DNA of 62,411 bases, the filler included. It is 13 parts of 13 records of this genome, joined end to end, with 100 filler letters (N's around TTAATTAATTAA, not from the genome) between each part and the next. Parts side by side here need not be neighbours in the genome. Positions count along the whole stretch, not along the records: positions 41,747 to 45,706 come from SRR7504441_18829; positions 45,807 to 48,832 come from SRR7504441_18848; positions 48,933 to 52,279 come from SRR7504441_18856; positions 52,380 to 57,879 come from SRR7504441_18878; 9 more parts are not named here. One strand, written 5' to 3'. Under the pieces are notes generated by a model. It did not search any database. It was not told the origin of the DNA and saw only the letters and a program-made list of their open reading frames with translations. Positions 44,005 to 53,696 of this stretch are shown piece after piece (position 1 is the first letter of the stretch; the number at the start of each line of letters is the position of its first letter). A program made the position numbers and the translations under genes.

Positions 44005-44660
44005 ATGGGGAATAAAGCCAAGGTCGCCCCTACAAGCGTCGTCAAGTCGAGCAGTAAATATGAGACCGAGAATAACCCGATCCAGAAGGCCGACCCAGCC
44101 GATCGACAGGTGGCGGTGAGCAGCGGCGAGATCCTGTCGGATGGCTCCGAGCGGGGGAACGATGAAGCCCGGCTGATCGACCCTAACTCATGGTTTATGA
44201 AGCGGTGGGACATCACCTCACTGTTCATGCACAGGATGAGGCTGTCGTTGTCAAAGAACTGATGAAAAAGAAACTTAATGGCGATACCACCAATGGGATG
44301 GGGTCCGAGGCGCAACTTGTGGTCTCTGAATTGCAGAAAGTTGCTGCCAGTCTTAAGGGGCTTCAGGATCGCGTGAACGGGCTGGATGGTGGATCGAATC
44401 TGCTGCAACGGATCGAACAGATTGAGGCAAAGCAGATGCTAGAATCCGGCGTGCCTGTGCTATCTGACCCTCCCCCCGGGAACAAATTCCAGAGGGACGT
44501 AGCCAAGCAGAATGAAAAGACTGCTGAAGAGATTGATCCGTCTCTTGATTGGGCCCCACAGAGCATTACCTCGCCACAGCAGCCAAAGAGCACAAAGAGT
44601 GGGGTTGTTGCGGCTGACACAGCTGTACCTCCGGGCATGGAGTCCCCCAAAAGCCCCTGA
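44005..44660 (+). pseudogene. CNG/EAG-type channel N- and C-termini with the core missing (deletion or chimera)
   Basis: LIDPNSWFMKRWD pre-S1 motif is followed by a frame change into a coiled-coil tail. Confidence 0.45.
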
Positions 44661-45105
44661 GCTACTGAGCTGCGTGCGTTCTCGGATGCTTGTAACATCA
44701 GTCAATCTACTTGCAGTAATCTACACGATCTAACAAGTAATTAGTTTGTGTGGATTTGTGTCGGTGGATTTATGCATTTGGTATGCATTTGGAGGGCATT
44801 CGTCCCTCTCAAACTTGACACAGATACCTTCACATTTTAGTTTATTATTCATGTCCGCCTAATGTGTCCGCCTTCAGTTTCGGTTGGACTCAATAAAAGA
44901 CAAAATAATACTCACAATTATGAGCACTGACGCTCTTGAGGACCAAACCTGCACACACATTGTGTTCTAGAGCCCTTTCGTAAGTAAGTAGTGTTAATTG
45001 GGTATCGATTGGGAGCACATGTACGATGTCATTGTTACTTCTAAGTGGAATAATTATTCTTATATTTACCTATCATCACATAATTACTCGTATCGATGTA
45101 AAAGC

Positions 45106-45706
45106 CTATCCTCCGCTCAACCCCGCAGCCAGCGCCAGCCGATGCATCACGATCGCGCTACTGACGCTAGCCGGCAGCCCACCGGCCTCCGGCCCATCCC
45201 GCAGCCGCACCGTCATCTGACACGCCGTCTCCAGCTCCCTCCCCTCCGCTCCGACCACCACCAGCACCGGCTTCGGCTGAGCCACCGCCACCGCCGCCAT
45301 CTCCTCCAAGCTAACCGACAACGGCCCAGACCCGACGCGCACGAGTAGCAATCTCTCTGCCAGCGCCGGGAGCAGCTCTAACGGACAATGCAGTAACGGC
45401 ACCGTGTTGTGTGCCTGCCCCACCATGAATGATTCCCTCAGGATTCAGCTAACACTCACCCCGACAGCGCTCCGACGGTCGAACCGTCTCCTGCCCGTAT
45501 ACAGCACAGCGGCCCCGTTGAAGCAGCTGGCGTTCCGCACCACCCCGCCCAGGCTGCGGTCCCCTGTAGGCCCGTGCTCCATCAACGCTCCAAACTGGAG
45601 CCGACCGTCCCGCTCAGCTGCCATCCGCTCTCGGACTTCTCCGACTGTTAAACCGACCAGCCGAGGCGCCAGGTTGGACGGCCGGTGATCGGGCGCGGCC
45701 GCCCCC
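45106..45706 (-). CDS. Divergent SpoU/TrmH-family RNA methyltransferase, 5'-truncated
   Basis: DRSLGGVVRNASCF, VLVVVGAEG, CQMTVRL..GLPASVSSAIVM. Confidence 0.7.
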
Positions 45707-45806
45707 NNNNNNNNNNNNNNNNNNNNNNNNNNNNNNNNNNNNNNNNNNNNTTAATTAATTAANNNNNNNNNNNNNNNNNNNNNNNNNNNNNNNNNNNNNN
45801 NNNNNN
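45707..45806. other. Artificial contig linker
   Basis: N44-TTAATTAATTAA-N44. Confidence 0.99.
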
Positions 45807-47888
45807 TCCATCAACTGCTGCTCAGCTAAGAAAGCCACATCAGCCTTGACTACTTGAACCAGGCGCTCCCTGTCTTCCTTGCTGATATCAATTTCCATCA
45901 TTGCGTCCATCCATTCTGACTCCAGCAATGTGCAAGCCTCACCTCGCCTGAGATCGCGATGCATTTGCTGATTGGTCAACGCATTTCGTTTGAAAGTGGC
46001 ACCTAGATAAACCAGTGGCCAATCAGATCCAGGGATTTTGAGGCACCGACCTTTCAGATCAAACTTATACTGCATTGGAACGGGCAGAAAGTTCCGCATC
46101 ACTACGAAATACACCTAAAACAAGCTCACAGGCCATTGAGAAGGCTGTGGAACCTTGTCAGTTGACATGGGGAGCTGTGTGGCGTGGCAGCCATAGTAAT
46201 GGATCATAGTGCTGCCAGATGAAGAAAGCACATGCTCCATGTATGCATCAAGCATCCCCATCAGTACATGGTACTCGTATTCTTTAATTGTCTTCACAAT
46301 GTACTCTCCCTTTTGTGTGAAATAAAAATATGATCCGGAAGCACCCTCCGACAAGACCTCCCGGAAAGACACTTTGGCCGAGTGCGTCGTCAGGCGGTTA
46401 TCAGTATCTGCCAAAGGCGAGATCAATCCGATTGGTCTGGATAGATGAGCAAGAAAGCCCACCTTCTGCGATTGCATCAATGTCATCCACCGTAGGAAAA
46501 GCAGCGCTGTATTCCTCCTCAGAAATCCCGAATCCAGCCCTTATCGCTCGGAATTGATCCAAACCAAAGTCCCAGCACATACCAAGAGGCCTGTTCCTGC
46601 GGGAGAGCACCATCCGCCCATCGGTGTTTTTCCACACATGGGAGGGGCTGAGTGGAGCACTCCCATCATTAGACATTTCCACTGCAACCACCTCATTAGT
46701 AGAGTTGCGCATCTCCCCAACACCGACATTTGTGTGCACTATTTGCGCCCCTCCAGATACCTGTACCAGCCCCTTTTAGCTCGAGCTTGCCGGGTTTCAA
46801 CCTCTGAACAACAACCACGTCTCCCGTGTATGTGGCAAACGTCGGTCGGAGGCTGCGGCTCTTGCTCTAAACTGGCTGGGCACATGTCATCCCGCGATCG
46901 TATACAGGCAGCAGTGGTGTACATGAGTATCACCTACCCAAACCAGTGAGCGCAACACAGCAGCGCCAGTGCCCGGATTTGAGCCACAAAATCTGTCTCC
47001 TGCTGCACTCCACTCATGTCCACATCCAGGGGAGCCGTCGCATCGCTCTCGGAGCTGGCCTGTGACATTGCGTGCAGCCGGCTGGCAAGGTCATTAGTCC
47101 AGGCCCACAGGAACACGAGCCAGACTCCACGACCAGATATCAGCGGCGGGAACAAGTAATTAAACACCACTGTATCCGCACCCGCCGCCTCCACAATGTG
47201 ATACAGCCCGTATAACAGGTAAACGAGCAGCCAAAGCGTGAAGAAGACCCCCACGTATATGTAGCCATGCCGTATGAGCCGGCGGCGGCGCAGTATGCGA
47301 TACTCTGGCCTTCGCAGAGTCCTATGGACATACCAGACCAGCCCGACCGCCAGCCCAGCGAACAGCACGGAAGGACTGTACATGAGCATCCACTGGACCC
47401 CGTCGTTGTGCAGGTCGGTAGGGAGCGGGATGCACCAACCCGAAGACGAGGTCCCGACCACCTCGCCGGACCGCTCAGTGACCAGCGACATCAAAATGGC
47501 CAGAGGCCACACCGCCTGCAGACCAACAGATCAGCCGCCAGCCGCCGGCGATGCAGCTCGCCAGGTGGTAGAGCTTCCAGTGCCGGGCCGGATTGTAAGG
47601 ATTGCGCACTATGCAAACGATGTCCACGAAGACCAGGAAGCGCCAGGCCTGGGACGAGAACTCGAAGAGCTGGGCAACGAACATCACTCCGACGCAGTCG
47701 TGATCTCCCTGGTCGACCAGCCACGCGATCGCCAGTCCGAGCTCGCAGAGCATCACGTAGAAGATGATGTGGCTGGGAGGTCGCCGGGTCATCGGGAAGC
47801 GTGCGAAGCACATGAAGAAACACGCGCACATTATGATGGAGGCGATCGCCCACCAGGCGTACGCGGACTTTGAGCCGACCTGGCTCAT
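45807..47888 (-). CDS. GPCR-PIPK fusion (7TM receptor + phosphatidylinositol-phosphate kinase), 3'-truncated, spliced
   Basis: cAMP-receptor-like helices (RRPPSHIIFY, C..VAQLFE, VRNPY, GWC) then EGASGSYFYFT, YIVKTI, VVMRN, KFDLKG. Confidence 0.88.
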
Positions 47889-48352
47889 TGTTGCGCCCTG
47901 GCGTGAACACGCCTCGGCTACGCAGGCGGTGAACTTCCGGCTGGCAGGGACGGGTGGCAAGACTCTCGATCTATCTACATGACATTGTAGATCTGCAGGC
48001 GGCATAAGTGCGGCAGTAGTGCGGCAGCGAGTCGGCGGACGCGGTCTGACAATGGGCAGGTGCGGGACTACGAGGGGTGGAGTCGGGGTTTACAATGAGG
48101 GTCGCCTCGTAGATCAAATGCGCGTATTTGTAAGTTTTTTTAATATAAACGCCTCGCGCACAAGCACAGGCTCCAACATTAATAGTGTCGTAAGCCGAAG
48201 TCATGCACTCACATTGAGGACACTATGCGCTCAAACTCTTCACAGCGCTTTCTACTTCGAGCCTACTATTTGGGCTCTCGAGTGTGCTCTTAAATGTGGA
48301 TTTGTTCTGCTTCTCCTTTGCTTTCTCAAGCGCCTGAGCCTCTTTCTCATCG

Positions 48353-48703
48353 TTGAAGGCCCAAGAAAAGGCTGCCAAGGACAAGAAAGTGGCAGCAGAG
48401 GAGGAGCTCGTGAAAAAAGAGAGTGTGGCTGAAGTAGAGGCTGAGTCTGCTGCAAAAAACATGCAAAACAGCAACCAGGCTGTTGATGCAGAGAAGACAG
48501 CCAAAACGGTCACCAAGAAAGCTGCTGAAGAGATCAAGAAAGCCAGGACCGAGGCTGGGCAAGTGACAGACGTGAAGCAAGCCACAAAGCTCGAACAAAA
48601 GATTAAGGAGATCAACAAAACTGTTGAGAAGGCTAATGCAGCGGTGAAAGTGGCTAAGAAGAACGATAAGACCTCTAAGGAGGATGGTACGAAACTGGCG
48701 CAA
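48353..48703 (+). CDS. Lys/Ala/Glu-rich coiled-coil segment (probably an inverted piece of a minus-strand gene)
   Basis: KAQEKAAKDKKVAAEEE...; no start codon; compositionally similar coding continues on the minus strand at 48223-48355. Confidence 0.5.
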
Positions 48704-48832
48704 TGCACGGCAGAGCCGCTACGCCGGGCGGTGCTCTTACTAGGCATAGCCGGCCCACCTCGCAACCCCGAGGTCCACCTCCGCGAGCCCACCACCATCT
48801 CACAGCTCCGCAATATCTTAGATCTCCAAAGG

Positions 48833-48932
48833 NNNNNNNNNNNNNNNNNNNNNNNNNNNNNNNNNNNNNNNNNNNNTTAATTAATTAANNNNNNNNNNNN
48901 NNNNNNNNNNNNNNNNNNNNNNNNNNNNNNNN
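48833..48932. other. Artificial contig linker
   Basis: N44-TTAATTAATTAA-N44. Confidence 0.99.
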
Positions 48933-49077
48933 GATCGGCTCCCTGTCCATCCCGGCGTGCAGATCTTGGCCCCGGCGTGACTAGTGCTGGCTCCGGCGCA
49001 CGGCTGCACTCCCAACGTGAGCCCTCCGCTGCGGTGCATCCGCTGGCCCAGACAATCCGTTGAGACTTGTTGAGCGG

Positions 49078-51042
49078 ATGGAAGAGGCCGACGAAGACCA
49101 GACGCTGAGCGAGTCGCCGACCCCAGGGAGCCCCGCGCGCCGGCGCAGACCCCAGAATGACGAGCCGCCGAGCCCCACTAGCCCCTCGCGCACCAGGCGA
49201 GTGGCGCCGGGCGAGGACGGGCTGGCGGGCAACATCGTCTGGACGCTTCTAGCTGGCTGGTGGCTAGCCGGGCTGTACCTGCTCGCCGGGTTGCTCTGCT
49301 TGTGCTCCCCGGGTCACGCCAAGGCCTCCATCCGGCTCTGCGGGTACTTTCTCTGGCCTTACAACAAGCGCCTGGTGCTCCCGGACCGCATCGGCAGCGA
49401 CCAGCCGGGGGCGCTCCAGACTGTGGCGGTGGGCTGGTTCCGTTGCGTGGCCGGACTGCTGCTAGTCCCGGCCCACTGCCTGGCCGCGGCGATGGGGTGG
49501 GGGCTGGTCTACTTTGTCCCGATGGCCCGCTTGAACGTGGCCGCGCTCGGACTTCTTTTCGCAGACCCGGTGGCGCTCGAGCTGGAGCCCCTCCTCGACC
49601 CGAGCCAGCCGCCGACGAGCAATGCGGTCCCGGTGCTCGAGCAACGGCAGGCCGGCTCGTTCGAGTGCTTCCAGATTGTTGTGGCGGGCACCAATATCGT
49701 TGTGCTCAATCTGATGCCTGCGGTGCTCGGGTCGCTTGTGCTCGGGTACGCGCTGTCGGAGGAGCTGCTGAACGAGCACCGCGTGCTGCTGTTCGGGCTC
49801 TCGCTGGCGGCGGTGGTCCCGCTCTGCTTTACGGTGGGCTCGCTGCTCACGCGGATGGCCAATCGGGACGCCTCCAGAGTTTGGCAGGTAATCGGTTTAT
49901 TGCTCTCGTGCACAGTCGGGCGGTGCGTCGAGCTATTACTCTACCTGCGGCTGATGCACCACTCGCTCAACGACTTGGTGCGGGACGCGCTGGTCGGAGC
50001 GCTGGTGGCGCTGATGCTGCTACTCCCCGCAATTACGCTGCTCACAGGAGGGCTGCGGTTCCGTGAGCAGCGGTTCAACCTGGAGCACGCGGGGCTGTCG
50101 TCGGTGATGCTTGTGGTCTCGGTGATTGGCGGGTTCATCCCGACACTGTTCTATGAGGCCTACGCCAAGCTCGAAATGTTCTGCGAGGAGTGCACACACA
50201 TGCCGGAGCGGACAGATTTGTCTATTGGGTGCGGCTCATGCCATTACAAGTCTAAGCAACTCTTCTCCGAACCGCTCTATGCCGACTATACCCAGCCGTT
50301 GGCGATTACGTGTGCCATCCTGCTCCCGAGTAGCTACTTGGCCGGGCTGGTCTTCACTACCAAGGCTCGCAACAAGAGAAAGAGTGTAGACTTGAGTATC
50401 CGAGTGCAGGACGTGGACTCCCTTTCAGCGCTGCTGCTTGAGGGAGTACACGGGCACAAGGGCTGGTCGTTCGCCGAATGCGCGCTCGGACTGGTGGCTT
50501 GCCTTGGACTTGGGTATGGCGTGACAGACGTGCTGGCCAACGCGACGCATAACATTTTCCCCAACGATGTGAGCACAGCCGGATCGCGGGGGGACAGACT
50601 GGTGGGTTTTGTGCTGCTGGCTCTGGTCCCCAACACATTGCACTTCACAAACGCGATACACTTTGCGCTGAGGAACAGGGTGGGTGTGTCGATTGAGATT
50701 GCGTCGTCTGCTGTTGTGCAGCTAACGCTGATCCAGATGCCACTGCTGATTTTCTTCTCAGCCTTTCTGAGTGGTATCACTTCACAGGATGACCCGTTCA
50801 CGATGCTCTTCACCTCGTTCCATGTATTCGCGGTGGTGTTCTCTATGGTGAGCTAGCCTATACTTGTAGGTTGGGCTGAGTGTGGGGGCCGTGGGCAGGT
50901 GATCTTGAATTATATCTCGTTGGCTGGGCGGGTCAACTATTTCGAGGGGGTGGCGCTACTTGTGGTGTACTTGCTTTGGGTGGCTGCGTTTGTGTTCATG
51001 CCCTCAAAGCACATCAACCCTCACCAGGCCAACAATCACTAA
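49078..51042 (+). CDS. VNX1-like type II CAX cation/H+ exchanger with YccF (DUF307) domain
   Basis: GNIVWTLLAGWWLA, LWPY, GRCVE (alpha-1), GGLRFREQRFN, LVPN (alpha-2), NYFEG after the last intron. Confidence 0.88.
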
Positions 51043-51185
51043 CATGCACCAAAAATTCACGAAATAAAAAATAAATGATTATAGAATATAATTATCAAAA
51101 CAAACTTTTCATTTCGGAATCATGATGAAGAAGGTTCTGAGAACCGGGTGCCGGTAACTGCTACGTGCACACGCCGTTGTCGCGT

Positions 51186-52275
51186 TCATTTACACTTGCC
51201 CTCCTTGGCATCAAACTCAACATGCGCCGCGGTCAAAACATTGAATATTCGCTCCGCCACCTGCCTCCCGGTCAGTGGCCATAGACCGCCTCGCCGGCAC
51301 CATCCGCTGCTGAGGGCTAGCATTCCTGTTCCTATCTGGGTGTGTGAGCAACATCACCTTCTTGTACGCGTCCTTCACCGCCTTGGTCTGGATCAGCGCC
51401 GATAGCGACCGCGGCTGCCAGTTTGCCTCAGGCCAGAGGACCTCGTGCACAGTGCAGAGCAGATTCCTGAGTCCGGTCCCGCCTGCCTGCGCGCCGCCCT
51501 TTGTGGCCCACTCTTTCATCCGGGCCTCGATCTGAGCATCCAGCTGCGAGCCACGGACGTCGCCCCCCCCGTGCGATCCCCCAGGGTAGGCCGGTTGGAC
51601 CTGCCCGACATGGTCAGCCGAATCTGGAGTGCACAGATTGCCGAGGGCGGTGACGTGTCAAATGGATCAAACATCGGGTCTGCCGCCGGCTGCAGCCAGA
51701 TCACACTCAGCCAATTAGCACGGCCAGCACGTGCCTGCGGCACCGGCTTGGGCGCCGGGGTGAGGTTTGGCGTGGTGGGCGGCGCCTGCTGCACCACCGT
51801 GGGCTTTGGGGCCGCCTGCTGATCAGCTTGCGCCCTCGCCGCCTCCAGGGGGGAAGGACCTGCTTAGGCGCCTTCTTGCTTGCCACCCCGTTCTGTCGCG
51901 CCCCGGCCGGAGCCGCCCGCCTTCGGGCCGCCGAATTCCTTTGGCCTGCGCCCCAGTGACCCAGGTGGCCCCGAGGCTAGCCGACCGGCCAGTCGGAGCG
52001 CTTTGCACATTATCCGGCCGTTGTAGCCCGGGATCTCCATATCATTCTCCCCCGGGGCGTCCAGCCACAGATAGCTCCCCGCCTCGTCACTGGCCTGGTC
52101 GCCAGCTATCAGGGCCGAACCAGCCGGGGGTCGCCTGGAACCGGAAGTGGAAGTTGTGGGCCGGCAGGGGGAAGTGCTCGAGGAACTGGCCCATGGTGGC
52201 CCGCCCGGCCGCGCCCGGGACGAAGAAGGCGTTCGGGTGGTTCTGGTCGTCCTCGTTCTGGACAAAGTAGAACAT
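51186..52275 (-). CDS. DIX-domain + auxilin-like J-domain protein (spliced; may be 5'-truncated)
   Basis: FYFV..D...HPNAF..T.GQF..HFPL..FHFRF..YLWLD; C-terminus LRNLLCTVHEVLW, VKDAYKK...THPDR. Confidence 0.8.
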
Positions 52276-52279
52276 CGGC

Positions 52280-52379
52280 NNNNNNNNNNNNNNNNNNNNN
52301 NNNNNNNNNNNNNNNNNNNNNNNTTAATTAATTAANNNNNNNNNNNNNNNNNNNNNNNNNNNNNNNNNNNNNNNNNNNN
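52280..52379. other. Artificial contig linker
   Basis: N44-TTAATTAATTAA-N44. Confidence 0.99.
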
Positions 52380-52478
52380 GGCAGGTTTGGGCTGGCGGGG
52401 TGCGAGCCGCTGGGCGCAGCATTGTTGCAGCTAGTCCCTGCGAATTGCGGGGCTGGTAACGAAAAGACGGGCGCTGCC

Positions 52479-53433
52479 ATGTCCAAGGAGCAGATGAAGG
52501 CCGAGCTGGGTAGGCTGATCCAGTGCCTGGGTATCTGCACGGCCGTTGGCTATTGAATGCGCGCTGATCCGATCCGGGCAGATGCGAACCAGAACGGGCT
52601 ACTTGACCAGCAGGAGTTCAAGGTGATCATGGAGATGGACGGCTGCAAAGACTTGTCCGACGCCTGGATCGGCCAGGTCTACACCTGTGTGTTGGAGGAC
52701 TGTGACTCTAATGGAGCCGTGACAGCCACAATGGGAGATGGGAAGGCGAGTGATGTAGCCACACTCGGACTGATTCCAGTTGCAGGTTCAGATGGAGGAG
52801 TACGTGCATAGTTGCATTGAAATGCTGCACGGTCCAACGGCCGGCCCGGACGAACCAACGGAGAAATTCGGCCGGATGATGGCGGACATGCAGGCCAAGC
52901 TCCAAAAGGCAGGCTTTGATCTGTCTGGAGCCCAACCACACGAGCCAGCTCCAAGCGCCAGGGAATTTGGCGTCAGAATCAAGCAGATCACGCTCGCTGG
53001 GGGCGCGATCGATGCCTCAAGCACGGTTGACGTCCGACCAGCAGATAGTGAGGCGACAGATAGAATTGACAGTAGCACGACCGGGATTCATCTGGCTGGC
53101 CCGGTGTACTTGGAACTCTTGGAAGCGATATCAAAGTGCCTCCCCGAGGAGATGCAGCCGCTGAAGGACTACATAGCGATCCGCCGATGCACTTCCTGGA
53201 GTTCTCGTACTAGAGGTGGCTGGGCCCCGCTGGACTTATCTCAGTGGCCTACACTCTCACTCGTGCTCGAGGGAATAGAAGGCGACGTCGAGCTAACGGT
53301 GCCTCCGGAAGCGTACTGGCCGGAAGAAACGTTCATCATCTACCCGTCTATCTCGGAAAGCTCGACCCTCGGCTCTCCAGTGGCATTGTTCTCGGGCGCC
53401 CTCGAGCTCTGGATGCAATCTAATGGATCATGA
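52479..53433 (+). CDS. EF-hand protein fused to a single pepsin-like (A1) C-terminal lobe (spliced)
   Basis: DANQNGLLDQQEF; then FGVRIKQITLAG, IDSSTTGIHL..PVY..L..AI, WPTLSLVLEG, LTVPPEAY. Confidence 0.65.
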
Positions 53434-53696
53434 TACAGATCAGACGATCAAACTTGCTGTCAGTTAGAGCATTCAATGCAGCACCACCATAATGAGCGCA
53501 TAAATCAATGCTGACAGTGCCGCATTGCATGCATGCATAGACTATGCATAGACAAACATTACAATGTGTTGTACATATTGAGGATAAAGCTACGGTAATA
53601 AGTAGACACCTACAGTACCGTAGCCTAATTTACAAGAAACACATTGAATCAAATCAGATGCAAACTTGCTTTGAATCATCGTCATCGATCGATTGA

